In this document: one piece after another, positions 7,386 to 18,500 of the stretch
Position numbering within the stretch: position 1 is the stretch's first letter
How the letters are laid out: every line of letters starts with the position of its first letter
DNA from: Candidatus Heimdallarchaeota archaeon
GTDB lineage: Archaea; Asgardarchaeota; Heimdallarchaeia; Heimdallarchaeales; Heimdallarchaeaceae
Length of the DNA stretch: 64,000 bases
NCBI GenBank assembly: GCA_019057815.1
Contig: JAHLWR010000019.1
Coordinates: 3,400-67,399, forward strand
Reading direction: 5' to 3'
Translations under genes and position numbers: made by a program
The notes under the pieces: model-generated
The model's database searches: none
What the model was told of the DNA's origin: nothing
Seen by the model: the letters and a program-made list of their open reading frames with translations, nothing else

Positions 7386-9581
7386 TTATTGGTGTTTTTT
7401 CACTAATTCAATCAACTCAGGAAAATCAATTCCCAATTCTTTGATTTTTTCAATTGTTGGAACACCACTATTTGTCCAACCACGTCTCTTATAGACTGCA
7501 TTCTTTAGTTTCTCGTATCTAGCTTCTCTTAATTTTCTTAGTTCTTTCATCTTTTCTTCAGTTGAAAGATTTTCTACATTAATTCTAGCTTCTTCTTTGA
7601 GTTGTTTCAGATAGTACTTGTCTTCTCTGGATAAGTATTCTTCTTCAGTAACAGGTCCCATTGCTCTATAAGGAATAGTATCTAAATCTCTGTATGTTAC
7701 ACCTTCTGGTATTAAGAGTAAATTCATAGATCTTTGGAAATTGTAAACCCTTTCACTCATCTTGATGTAGTCAACCGAACTAATATTCTTTCCAGTGACA
7801 GCGTTATAATATTCTATATAGTTCAGAACATGCTCAGGGATTTTTGCTGGATCTGCTAAATCTTCTGGAACTTTCATACCATTTTTTTCTATTGCTCCTG
7901 TAGCAAATTCGCTATTATCTTCAGGTACTATGTCATTCCATGGTAATTTGCATAAACCTAAGAGACCGAATGATGTCCTCCACATTGGGAACCACCAGAG
8001 GGCATTAGCTTTTTGTTCAAATGTGGGCATGTTGTTACGTACCATATCTTCAAAAATTAGCCACGCTTCATCGTGTTGTGGACCTTTGAGGGCAAAACCA
8101 TACCCACCTTGCTGAGCTAAACTTTCTTTGGTTATATATTCACTGAATTCCAGTCCTTTAGACTCCATTCCTATATCATGCACTAGTTTGATTTCTTCTT
8201 CGTTTAGACTATATTCCTTTGCGAAATATTCTTTCATCTTTCTGATACCTTTACCAACAATAGTTCCGAAACCTTCTCCTCTAGCTATCTGGTGAATAAG
8301 TTCTAATGCATCATCGTTGTTTCCCCAAGAGAGATCTAACCCTCCAGTTCTTTCATTGTTTAAAATACCATACTCGTATAGTTCCATACAGAAAGCTATA
8401 CCTGTTCCTATACTAATAGTATCAAGACCATAGGTGTCGCAGTAGAAGTTGGTTTCAATTATTCCATCTGGATCACTAACATACCAACTTGATCCACAAC
8501 CTGCTATAGTTTCGTATTCTGGACCATCAACTGAAACTTTTTGTCCTTTATAGGGACCTGTTTTACACTCAAAATTGCTTACACCATGACTACAACCAAC
8601 AGCACAGCCCTTCCAACAGGGGTCTGGTCCTTTATTGAAGCGTTTACGGTATGCTTCTTTACCAATTTTTTCATGCTCATCAAACCTACCATATTTGAAG
8701 TTCTTTGTTGGTAGTAAATCAAAATCGTGCATGATGGGTACAAGATGTACTGTCCCTATTGTTCTCATTTCATTTTGTTTTGAATCAAGCTCAACCATTT
8801 CTTTGGTGTGTTTTCTTCCGACTTCTTTTAAAGAATCTAAGTCATCAGGGTTGTTTCCTTGAGTTCTCACGTCTCGTTTCTTAATAACAATTGATTTTAT
8901 GCGTTTATTCCTAAAGATTGTCCCTGTTCCCCCTCGACCAGCTTGTTTATATCTTACATATCCTCGTCTTGTGTCATACCAGCTAAAGTTCAGACATCCC
9001 CAGTAGGAGTTTTCGGCTCCCGGACCAGCAGATATTACAGAAACCTCTCTTTTATCACGTTCATCATCAGCGTATTTTTCTGTCATCAGAGTTCCAATCT
9101 TATAAGTTTCTGATGGTATATCCTCTGCATCTTCAATTACAATCTTGCCTGATTCGCCATCGATGAAAATTGATATTTCTTTTTCTGATTTACCTTGAAT
9201 TGCAATAGCATCAAAGCCTGCATATTTGATGAATGGACCAGCATAGCCACCAACATTACTATCAATTATTATTCCGGTAAGAGGAGAAATCGCAGTAACA
9301 ATACTTTTTCCAGAACCAGGGAAATTACTTGTTCCACCAAGAGGACCAGAAGCTATACATAAAACATTATCCGGATCATCCCAAGTAGTTTTCTTATCCT
9401 TTGGTAGATATTTCCACATAAGATACAAATCGAATCCCTTACCACCTGTAAATATCTCTTTCATTTTAGGAGTAACATCTTCAATTGTGATTTTCATCTT
9501 GTTAAGGTCAATGTAAAGTGTCTTACCCGCGTATCCTTTCGATAACTCAGGAACATCGTAATTAAATTCTAAAATAACCAT
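7386..9581 (-). CDS. aor: Tungsten-type aldehyde:ferredoxin oxidoreductase (AOR family)
   Basis: 731 aa. It has the AOR N-terminal pattern YAGKTLYIDL...GGKGF, the Cys cluster CWKGCAVGC and the C-terminal YKRRGW...GVPT...LGI motif. GGTGA lies 4 nt upstream of the ATG. Confidence 0.85.
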   Translation of the reverse strand: MVILEFNYDVPELSKGYAGKTLYIDLNKMKITIEDVTPKMKEIFTGGKGFDLYLMWKYLPKDKKTTWDDPDNVLCIASGPLGGTSNFPGSGKSIVTAISPLTGIIIDSNVGGYAGPFIKYAGFDAIAIQGKSEKEISIFIDGESGKIVIEDAEDIPSETYKIGTLMTEKYADDERDKREVSVISAGPGAENSYWGCLNFSWYDTRRGYVRYKQAGRGGTGTIFRNKRIKSIVIKKRDVRTQGNNPDDLDSLKEVGRKHTKEMVELDSKQNEMRTIGTVHLVPIMHDFDLLPTKNFKYGRFDEHEKIGKEAYRKRFNKGPDPCWKGCAVGCSHGVSNFECKTGPYKGQKVSVDGPEYETIAGCGSSWYVSDPDGIIETNFYCDTYGLDTISIGTGIAFCMELYEYGILNNERTGGLDLSWGNNDDALELIHQIARGEGFGTIVGKGIRKMKEYFAKEYSLNEEEIKLVHDIGMESKGLEFSEYITKESLAQQGGYGFALKGPQHDEAWLIFEDMVRNNMPTFEQKANALWWFPMWRTSFGLLGLCKLPWNDIVPEDNSEFATGAIEKNGMKVPEDLADPAKIPEHVLNYIEYYNAVTGKNISSVDYIKMSERVYNFQRSMNLLLIPEGVTYRDLDTIPYRAMGPVTEEEYLSREDKYYLKQLKEEARINVENLSTEEKMKELRKLREARYEKLKNAVYKRRGWTNSGVPTIEKIKELGIDFPELIELVKKHQ

Positions 9582-9785
9582 AAAATCACCTAGTTGTGAT
9601 TCGCTTAAATATATCGAATTTTAAGTTTATGCCAAGACACTCAAACAGTTTTAGCATTTTTCCTTAAATTACAACTTGTTAGAAAAATAGACTGTGTAAA
9701 GATATTATATTAACAGAAAAAATTAATTAAAAAACCTTTTATTTAACTAGCTATAAAATCTATCAAAACGCTTAGAGGTAAGTAG

Positions 9786-11609
9786 ATGGGAAATATAAAA
9801 TTTTCAAAGAAGATAAAAATAGATAGTGCTTTACTAATAAATTCCTTTTTACTAGTAATGGTTTTTGGATTTCAATCACCCCTAACAGCAGATAATCAAA
9901 GAATCTATCCTGATTCTAACCTAATATCAGCTTATGTTCCTCACGATCCTATTCAGATTTCTAATAATGGAAATTTCACAGATTATGGATTCGGAGGAAG
10001 TGGAACAGAAATCGATCCTTACATAATTGAAAATATCGAAATCATTACAGAGGAAATTTCTGCGATAGAAATTTTTGATGTTACGGTATACTTTGTTATT
10101 CAACATTGCTACTTAGAGGCTGATTCTATCGGGATAAATATTGAAAACGCTGCTCAAGGGACTGTTATCGTTTTCAACAATACTTGTATGTATAATTTCC
10201 AATATGGTATCCGTATAGAGGAGGCAGAAGAAACTACTATTTTAAACAATACAGTTGATGATAGTCATCGAGGAATTCATGTGTATCACGGAGAATATAC
10301 TCTTATAGAAAATAATACCGTTATGAACTGTGACTATGGTTTAAATATAGTATATACAGATCCTATAACTATCAAGAATAATTTTCTTTATAATTGTGGT
10401 ATATATATTACAGCTGATGAATCTGATTACCCATTCTACATTTTAGAGAATAATTTCGTTAATGACAAGATTGTAGGATATTTTGTCAATATTAACAATG
10501 TGATTTTTGAAGATCCAATTTATGGACAATTAATCTTCGTTTCTTGTTCAGACATTACGATAAGAAATCAAGAGCTAAATAACGCTAAATTTGGTCTGAT
10601 GTTCAGATACAGTGAGGATATACACATAATAAATAACATTTTTAAAGAAAATAATAATGCAATATCCCTTTATCTAACTATATCTGTTGAAATAATTAAT
10701 AATACTATTGAAGACAATAGTGGAGGAATGTTTATACAAAATTCAGATAATGTTATTATCAGAAACAATTACTTCTTCAATAACTACTATGCTAACAATA
10801 TATTGTACTGTGATTCCCCTATTATAGAAAATAACCTTTACGTAGACAATACTAGAGGGATATTTTTCCAGTACACAGATAACGCAATAATCCAAAACAA
10901 CACCTGTAGAAAGAATGAATACATTATAAATTCATACGGAATTTATTTACACAGTTCTGATAACGCAATAATTAAATTAAACACTATTGAAAACGCTATT
11001 AGATATGGTTTATCTCTTGCTAGTTCATCAGAAAACAATTTGGTTTTTCTCAACAGTTTTATCAATAATAATCCTTCTGGTCTTTCTCAAGCTTCAGATG
11101 ATGGGATTGATAATTTATGGTATTCTCCTTCATTGAATGTTGGTAATTACTGGGATGATTTACTAGGTTCAGAAAATTATACAATTGATGGTAGTGCTGA
11201 TTCTATAGATCTATTCCCTATAGAAGAAAATGATGTTCCTCCAGTTATCAATCATCCTGATAACGTTGAATATGAGGAAAATTCTGTTGGAAACACAATT
11301 AGCTGGGTAGTTTATGATTTAGATCCAAATACCTATATTATCTACTTAAATGGAACTGAAGCTGAACAAGGTTCATGGGTTTTTCTTAATGAACTAACTA
11401 TTAATATTGACTTCCTTTCAGTTGGAACATACAATTACACAATTGTACTTTTTGATACTAATGGAAATTTCATAACAAATACAGTAATCGTAAATGTAAT
11501 CGCTACAATTGACGAGTTTAGTTTATTCAATGCTTTGCTCCCTACATTTATTCTTCTAATAGCTTTTGTACTGCTTCCTCTCTTACGAAAAAAGAAAGAT
11601 AGATTGTAG
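9786..11609 (+). CDS. Secreted parallel beta-helix (PbH1/NosD-like) repeat protein with an Ig-like domain and a C-terminal TM anchor
   Basis: It has a signal-like N-terminus, a PHDPIQISNN motif, many ~22-aa IxNN repeats, GNYWDD...YTIDGSADSIDLFP, then a beta-sandwich region and the TM LPTFILLIAFVLLPLLRKKK. It belongs to the same family as the 51-59 kb genes. Confidence 0.8.
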   Translation: MGNIKFSKKIKIDSALLINSFLLVMVFGFQSPLTADNQRIYPDSNLISAYVPHDPIQISNNGNFTDYGFGGSGTEIDPYIIENIEIITEEISAIEIFDVTVYFVIQHCYLEADSIGINIENAAQGTVIVFNNTCMYNFQYGIRIEEAEETTILNNTVDDSHRGIHVYHGEYTLIENNTVMNCDYGLNIVYTDPITIKNNFLYNCGIYITADESDYPFYILENNFVNDKIVGYFVNINNVIFEDPIYGQLIFVSCSDITIRNQELNNAKFGLMFRYSEDIHIINNIFKENNNAISLYLTISVEIINNTIEDNSGGMFIQNSDNVIIRNNYFFNNYYANNILYCDSPIIENNLYVDNTRGIFFQYTDNAIIQNNTCRKNEYIINSYGIYLHSSDNAIIKLNTIENAIRYGLSLASSSENNLVFLNSFINNNPSGLSQASDDGIDNLWYSPSLNVGNYWDDLLGSENYTIDGSADSIDLFPIEENDVPPVINHPDNVEYEENSVGNTISWVVYDLDPNTYIIYLNGTEAEQGSWVFLNELTINIDFLSVGTYNYTIVLFDTNGNFITNTVIVNVIATIDEFSLFNALLPTFILLIAFVLLPLLRKKKDRL

Positions 11610-11821
11610 AGAGTGAAGTAATACTTTTGTTCTTTTTTCTCTAAAATAATTTGTACCTTCTTTTTTGTATTTTTTATGGTTTTTACTGCAAAGTCTTTTC
11701 ATCTAATCCATAGTATTAGATCTATAGCTATTATTATACTATCAACTAATTTCCTAAGAATTTCTGATTTGATGAATTTCCCACTTTTCCTAAAACTCTC
11801 TTCATATTTTCACATTTTGGC

Positions 11822-12238
11822 TTAAAACTCATCGTGTCCTATTGGTTTTTCATTATCATCAAAAGATTGAATTTCTAGTGTATACCCCATCGGATCACTA
11901 TAAAATCCATTATAAATTTTGTATTTTTTGGTATATTCTGGAGTTCTGATTATGTTTATATCATTTTTAACTAAATAATTATGCCATTCATCAACTTCTT
12001 CTTTATTTTCTACAACCATAGTTAAACAAATTTTATTGGTATCTTGAATCATATTCTCTTCTTTAGTTTCACAGAATCCCCAGTAACCATATTTTCCAAC
12101 TTGATAGATAATACAACCCCCTTGGTTCAGAGCTTGTGGAAGTTTAAGGACTTCATTATAGAATTCATTTGTTTTCTCTAAATTTGTTGTCCTCAAGAAC
12201 ATTATTGGATATATTGGTTTAGCAAGCATGGTTTTCAA
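11822..12238 (-). CDS. VOC/glyoxalase-bleomycin resistance family protein
   Basis: 138 aa. The N-terminal LRTTNLEKTNEFYNEVL and C-terminal DPMGYTLEI fit the paired beta-alpha-beta-beta-beta VOC pattern. Confidence 0.55.
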   Translation of the reverse strand: MKTMLAKPIYPIMFLRTTNLEKTNEFYNEVLKLPQALNQGGCIIYQVGKYGYWGFCETKEENMIQDTNKICLTMVVENKEEVDEWHNYLVKNDINIIRTPEYTKKYKIYNGFYSDPMGYTLEIQSFDDNEKPIGHDEF

Positions 12239-12282
12239 AAAAAGAAAGGTAATCTATACAAAAACTTTTGGTATAACTGTTA

Positions 12283-13365
12283 CTAATTGAAGAAAAGCTG
12301 GTCTTTAGTAAGATATGGGAACATTTTTGGCAGTATTTCTACTGCTGCTGAAAATGGTGAAACATCTCCAGTAAAGCTTTTTATCTCTTCTTGAAACTTG
12401 GTATAAAATTCTTCCACGAAAACTTTATGCGAGTTTCTGAAAAGACGCATATCTTTGTCTACAATCAATAAACCTGTTATATCTCCGTGAGTATGAGTTA
12501 AAATAGTTCTTCCTTCGAATTTTATTGAAAGTAGATTCTGATTTGGAGCTTGTGCTACATCACCTATTAAAGAAGTAAAAGCGGTTATCACTCCTCCAGC
12601 AAGCGTTTGATCCGTTTTCCTTTCATGATATTGGATATCTATCATAGTGGCGCCTGTCTTGTTGATTATGAATAGGCGATAAAATGACGCTGTTGTTGCA
12701 TAGACGAATGAAGGCCATATAATATAAATCATTAACAGACCTATTATCGATACTCCAAAACCTATTGCTCCATATATGTCGAAACTCTCCAATACGTGTT
12801 CAAGTATTTCTGTTATTGATACAACAAAACTTACCACAAACATAAGGAAAAACATCGATGTTGGAAGAGCAAATTTAGTTTTCCATGATTTGATAAATAA
12901 AACAGCGCTTCCAACCATACAAAAAGTAAAGATGTATAATTGATAAGTATCAAAAATAATCATAAATAGCCAGTCGTTAACATGTGTTGCATTTTTGAGT
13001 ATTGAACCAGATATAGTCTCGACAGTATAAACTGTCAGAAAGGAAACTATAGTAGAAATGCTTACCCATAGATAAATTGTGCTCAATCCCATGAAATAAG
13101 AAATGTGCAAGAATAGTGATAATAATATTAGAGCGTAAGGTATAAAATGAATAAATGCGAGAGGATCTGTCTCAGAATTAAGATCTGTTAATTTGTAAAC
13201 AAGAATTTCAATAATACTCTGTATCGCGCCAAAAACTAATGTCGACATTAACCAATGGTAACCTCTTATTCCTTTTCTATACCTTCTGTAAAGGAAAATA
13301 GAGAGAACTATAAGCATAAAACTCAGTTGAACAATCTTTATAATTAAATCAGTATCATTATCCAA
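12283..13365 (-). CDS. 7TM membrane protein with a C-terminal longin/roadblock-like domain (paralog of 3461..4597)
   Basis: The N-terminus DLIIKIVQLSFMLIVLSIFLYRR parallels ELYIKIVQLSIIFIITSYFVFRR. It has seven hydrophobic segments, and its C-terminal LFIINKTGATMIDIQY...LLSIKFEGRTILTHTHGDITGLLIV aligns with the other copy. Confidence 0.7.
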   Translation of the reverse strand: MDNDTDLIIKIVQLSFMLIVLSIFLYRRYRKGIRGYHWLMSTLVFGAIQSIIEILVYKLTDLNSETDPLAFIHFIPYALILLSLFLHISYFMGLSTIYLWVSISTIVSFLTVYTVETISGSILKNATHVNDWLFMIIFDTYQLYIFTFCMVGSAVLFIKSWKTKFALPTSMFFLMFVVSFVVSITEILEHVLESFDIYGAIGFGVSIIGLLMIYIIWPSFVYATTASFYRLFIINKTGATMIDIQYHERKTDQTLAGGVITAFTSLIGDVAQAPNQNLLSIKFEGRTILTHTHGDITGLLIVDKDMRLFRNSHKVFVEEFYTKFQEEIKSFTGDVSPFSAAVEILPKMFPYLTKDQLFFN

Positions 13366-14079
13366 TTGGGCTCAATGTAAGTCATTGAGACGCTTGATAA
13401 AGTTTTCGGGAATCTGTAGCTTAACAGTTCTTGATTAATTGAATAACTATCCTTGTTCAGATTTCAAGATTTAAAAGTTAACAGATAGTTTTATAAGGGA
13501 ATCTTTTTGTCGAAAGAAAAGTGCGACTTAGATTTGGTTAACAAGAGAAAAGGATAAAAAATGGAGTAAAAAAGGTTGAAACGGGAATATTGTGATAAAA
13601 GATTTTGTCGAAGAAAAAGGTAGACAAAATTGTTGAATCATCAAAAAAAAAACTACTGAGTAATTTGAGAGTATAAAACAAGCTTTTGGTAATGTTGTCG
13701 TATGTTTGATACGACTACTTATGTATCAGCCGTTAGTTTGAAACGACTTTGGATGTTAGTGCTTACGAAAAGGGTTAAGAAGAGAAACAAGAGCACTACT
13801 TTAAATAGGGGGGTAGATAAGTCGTATAACATACACTACTTAGAAGTTAACAGCAAATTGTACCACCAAACCTTGAAACTTTATCTGTTACACATTCTTT
13901 GTACCAATCTAATTATTGGTAGTCTATGGTATTTAAAGTGGGTTGGTTTTGATGAGTAGAATTATGTTTGTATGGGAAATTTTTGTATTAGGAAGAAATC
14001 TTAAGACATCAGTAAAACAAATAAAACCAAAGAAGCTAATGATGTTAATGATCCAATATTAGTTCAAGAAACCAACAAT

Positions 14080-14226
14080 GTGGTTGAATTTTATTTTTGT
14101 TCAGAGTGCGGAAATAAAACAAAAACAACCTCAAAATTTTGTTCTGAATGCGGTACAATGATATTAATAAAAAAATATAGTAAGTTAGTTCTATTATTTT
14201 TTAACAAGTTATTTATTACCTATTAA
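14080..14226 (+). CDS. Possible small double zinc-ribbon protein (48 aa, GTG start)
   Basis: My manual translation is MVEFYFCSECGNKTKTTSKFCSECGTMILIKKYSKLVLLFFNKLFITY, with an FCSECG motif twice. It is below the ORF-track size cutoff, and no clear SD was seen. Confidence 0.25.
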   Translation: MVEFYFCSECGNKTKTTSKFCSECGTMILIKKYSKLVLLFFNKLFITY

Positions 14227-14250
14227 GTACTTGAATTTCTACCTTATAAT

Positions 14251-15123
14251 TTAGTTTCTTTTAGAGGTTGTTATTATATCTAAATAATATCGTGAAAAAA
14301 GTACTTTTAGTCCTTTAGGTAAATAGGGATCAAATGGTTTTTTTGTGGATAATAGTTCACCATTCCATTTGAAAGTGTTAGGTTTGTAAAAAAAACTTTG
14401 TTTAGTCCATTCGACATATCCATTTCTGTAAACAAAACCTTGTTTATACGGATTATAAGGACAAAGATCATTATCAGCAAGAGCAATATGCTCTAAAGCT
14501 GGACATTTAGCTAAAGGGTATAAATCTATAGTTTTTAGTTTGTTACGTTGGATGTCAATTTCGGATAAACTTGAGCATCCTTCCAGAGGTTTTAAGTCTA
14601 TGGCTCGAAGTTTATTGTTATCAAGTCTGACATACCTGAAAGAGGTACTATCAGCAATAGAAGGTAAGGTAATTTTAGTTAGTTGGTTTTCTTCAAAAAA
14701 AATTCCCAGTAAGTTTGGGCTGTTGCTTAAAGGAGTACAATCTACACAAGTCAGTTGATTCCAATTGAGAGAGATAATTTCTAGTGTAGGGTGATTTTCA
14801 AAAGGGCTTAAATTTATGTTTGTTAATTTATTTCTTGAAAGATCGATTTTTTTTAGTTTTGGGCATTTAGCTAAAGGAGCTAGACTTATACTTGTAATTT
14901 TATTACCTGAGAGGTCAATCTCTTCCAAATTAGGACAGTTGGCTAAAGGTCGAAGATTGATACTTTTCAAGTGATTATAAGAGAGATTCAAAGTCATTAA
15001 TTTTTTACTCTCCTTAAAACCACTAAAATCGACTCTATCCAGTTGTTTGTCATTATAATCTACATGGTAAGGATTATATCCATACTCAAATCTTTCAACT
15101 CTTTTACCTTTTATTTTTGACAA
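14251..15123 (-). CDS. Leucine-rich repeat (LRR) protein
   Basis: It has about nine 22-24-aa repeats of the form LxxLxLSxNxLxxIxLxPLxxCPxL. No signal peptide is visible. Confidence 0.85.
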   Translation of the reverse strand: MSKIKGKRVERFEYGYNPYHVDYNDKQLDRVDFSGFKESKKLMTLNLSYNHLKSINLRPLANCPNLEEIDLSGNKITSISLAPLAKCPKLKKIDLSRNKLTNINLSPFENHPTLEIISLNWNQLTCVDCTPLSNSPNLLGIFFEENQLTKITLPSIADSTSFRYVRLDNNKLRAIDLKPLEGCSSLSEIDIQRNKLKTIDLYPLAKCPALEHIALADNDLCPYNPYKQGFVYRNGYVEWTKQSFFYKPNTFKWNGELLSTKKPFDPYLPKGLKVLFSRYYLDIITTSKRN

Positions 15124-15459
15124 TTTTAAATCATCCCTTTTATTTTTAATATAATATTAGTATTTTAAGATAAAAACCTATCTAAAAGTCCATCCAAGGA
15201 TTTTGTATTTTTGAATCTATAAATAATATCAATGAATCTATAGAATTTTTTTTAAGATAGTTTTGGATGTTATTATAATTTTCTAACTATTCTAGTCGGA
15301 AATATCTTCTTATTGGTTTATTGTTTATCAAAATTATTTTAAAAGCGATATTGATTACTTAAGATTTTGATAGTATTAACATAAGAGATTCTCTTTCATA
15401 ATGTGTTCAAATAATTCAAAATATTGCCAGAAAGATGAGCCAATTATTAAACTATAATC

Positions 15460-15490
15460 AAAAAAGTACTAAGAAAAAAGAAAGAAAAGG
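15460..15490 (-). terminator. Oligo-T tract downstream of the giant-gene operon
   Basis: The minus strand reads CCTTTTCTTTCTTTTTTCTTAGTACTTTTTT, 40-70 nt after the stop at 15530. Archaeal terminators are typically oligo-T. Confidence 0.35.
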
Positions 15491-15529
15491 TATAGATTAA
15501 GATTAAAGATACTCATAGAGTGTTGTATG

Positions 15530-18500
15530 TCAATAAGTTTTTTTGCCAAACATTCCTCCAGCACCCCAGAAATCTACATATTTCATGATACAATGAGCCC
15601 AGTTAGTAGTATCATCATCATAATCATAATCATCTATTTTATAAGGTCCTTTATCCTGTGCATCTTCATACTTGTGTGCTTGTTCATAAGGTTTATCGAA
15701 ATTTTGTGCAGCTATGTCAAATTGTCTGAAAAGTTCAGGGGGGCGTCCATCAAAACATAAAGCTTCAGGAACAAGATAACGTAAATTTTCTACTCTATTA
15801 AAAATTTTCAAACTACTAATTGTTGGGAGAGTGTTCAAGTTTATTTCTACCTTAAAAGTTCCTGCTGTTTCTGTTTCTTTAGGTTTAATTTCTATATATC
15901 GTAAGTATCTGATGCTCCTATCCTGCTTATATTCTAATTTTTTATCTTTAATAAATGAACAATAATCGTCTAATTTTTCTACCATACCGATAAGTGCAAT
16001 AGAATCGATAATCTCTCTGTCAGATAAACCTTTCAAAGATATAGCAGGCTTGTTATTATGCGGTTTTTCATGGTCGATATTTATATACATTAACTCTAAT
16101 GCTTTTCTAGCAGCGTTTAAAGATTTTCCCCTTACACCATCCAAATCATTAATAAGATTTATTAAAGAGCGGTCTGTATTTTTATATTCTTCAAGATTGG
16201 TTGTAGGCCACCTTATTTCCGAATTATCGACTATCTTTCCACCTAATTTAGTAATAAGAGATTTTAAAGTATCTACATTACACTCAAATTTGTTTAGATT
16301 TATTATAAAAGCTCTCTTTCCTCGGTCTCCTTTTTCTACGAAGAAAATTTTAATACCCGCACCACTTTCTATTATTGTCACCATCTTGTTTTTTAGTAAA
16401 GGTTTGAGATAGGCATTATTGTTAAAATGGTCGAGAACGCGTTTATATAGTATATCTCTAGCGGTTTTCCCATCTTTGGGTGTAATGTCCTTTTTTATGT
16501 TATTAACAAAATCAACATTGTTTTTTTTGCTTATCGAATCTCTGAATTTTTGATAAAAGGAGCTGTACATTAAGTATTTAGTATAAGTTTTTGACGCATG
16601 TTCGTGTATAAGATTGACTCTATTAGCTCTGAACCTTGACGCATAAGGTCGATATTTTTGTAACATATCTTTTAAAGAAACACTAGGGTCTTTAATATCT
16701 TTATGTATATAGCGTGTATAAATATCGGTTATCAAAGAGCTTTGGAAGTAATCTATACCGTCAGCAGCGTTTGTACGATAACGCCAAGGATCAGTCTCTT
16801 TACCTAACAGACCTTCTTTTTTAAGTCTTAAATATGCACCATCGCCACCCATAACAACCTTCCTAGCATTAGTATTTTCTTTGAAGGCATCAGTTAAGAA
16901 ATCCATATGTTTATCATAAAGACTAATAGCATCGTCAAGGTCTAATATAGATGAATCCATAACATTGCAGTGTTTGTAACCAAGATAATAAGGATTGAAA
17001 ATTGTTTCCTCCACTCCTATTTCGGTATCAATGTCAAATTTGAGTGTGGTTTTAGTATAACAGTCGATTTTAGGGGCATTATTAAGATCCTTATAGTACT
17101 CTATTGTATCCGATAGTCTTGCAATCACAGCATCAGATTTACATCTAGGATCAATACCCATGTTTTTTATGAGGAGATTGTAAATAGATTCTATCGTTTT
17201 GCTCTTAGTACCAACATCAGTTTCGCTACTTGTTATATCTTTTTTCAGTTCTTCCATCTTTTTTATAGCTAAACTAATATCCACCCATTCATAAGAGACA
17301 GAAATTTTAGTTATTCCATCCACTGTTTTAGTATCTGTTTTCAAGTAAGGAACATTGTTGGTTGTTAAAAGGGAATAAAGAAAAACTCTCTGATATCTAT
17401 AGGATAAGTCATTAGGGTGTTTATCCGTTTTGTAATCACAACCCATAATCCCGCGTTTGAAGAAAAGTTTAATCATACCATCTATTTCATCTCCCTTCAT
17501 ATCTCTAAGCGTCAAATAAGCCCCTTTTATAGAGTCTATTTTAACGTGATCGTAACTGAGAGGTGAGATAAGAATAGTTTTAGAAGGAGAAGGATCAACA
17601 CCTTCAGGAGCAGGGAAGTTCCTACCATCCAGATAAACCATTTCGAATAAATGAGGTTTAGTGGGGTCATTTACTGTCTCTGAGGTATATTTTATTATAG
17701 ATGTTGATAAACCGTCAGAGTCTGTTTCAATGTCTATGCCTGTACCCAAGCAGTTTTTACCTGTGTTAATCCCCTCTACCTCATCCTTATTTATGAAAAC
17801 CTCTAACAAAGGTCTGGTGTATAACTTGTAATCATCATGAATTCTTTTAATATCCTCAAAGTCGACAATATAGTTACTTCTTACACCATCTTTATTGACC
17901 ACAAAACAAATAGATCTAATAGGTTTATTACCAATCTTAGGTTGAGGTACATTTACCATAAAAGCAGCTTCTATATATGTATTTTCCCCCTCAAGTTCTC
18001 CTTTAAACAGTGAGTTTTTATATGTTAGAAATGTCTTGAGTGTGTCAGTGTTAACTGAAACATGATAAACTTCATCTATATCGATTAAAGTAGTACCATC
18101 TCCATCTTTGTAACCCATATTGTGAAGTTGTCCTCTTCCTGATGCATCGATAACTTCTGCTGAAAAAACATCTTTAAGGAATACGAGGTTAACAGTTAAT
18201 CCAGAGATAAGCATAATCTCGAGTTGTAGCTTTAAAGCTAGCCTTTTCGCTGTTTCGAAGTCAGTTTTTAGGCCATTACTTTTCTCGTCTATAGTTCTAG
18301 TAAAAGTATTTAACAAACGCATAAGATTAAGTTCATTAAATTCTCGTTTATAACCAGTTCCTTTTTCATATCGGATGAACTGTTCAATTTGGTCTTTAGT
18401 CATAATATCTATACTTAGAAGTTTACCCTCACTATCTACAAAATAATTAGGGATGAATTTCCTTTTTATAAGCGTAGCGAGGGTTGACATATCCCGACCA

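Noticed and set aside
13702-13959. An 85-aa ORF in the long spacer.
   Set aside because: It has low-complexity, basic and hydrophobic composition, no SD or TATA at an appropriate distance and no motif. It is probably non-coding.
16058-16072. An HEKPH match to the HExxH zinc-metalloprotease motif in the giant protein tail.
   Set aside because: A Pro inside the motif is incompatible with the catalytic helix, and no downstream third ligand context was seen. It is likely a chance match in a 5230-aa protein.
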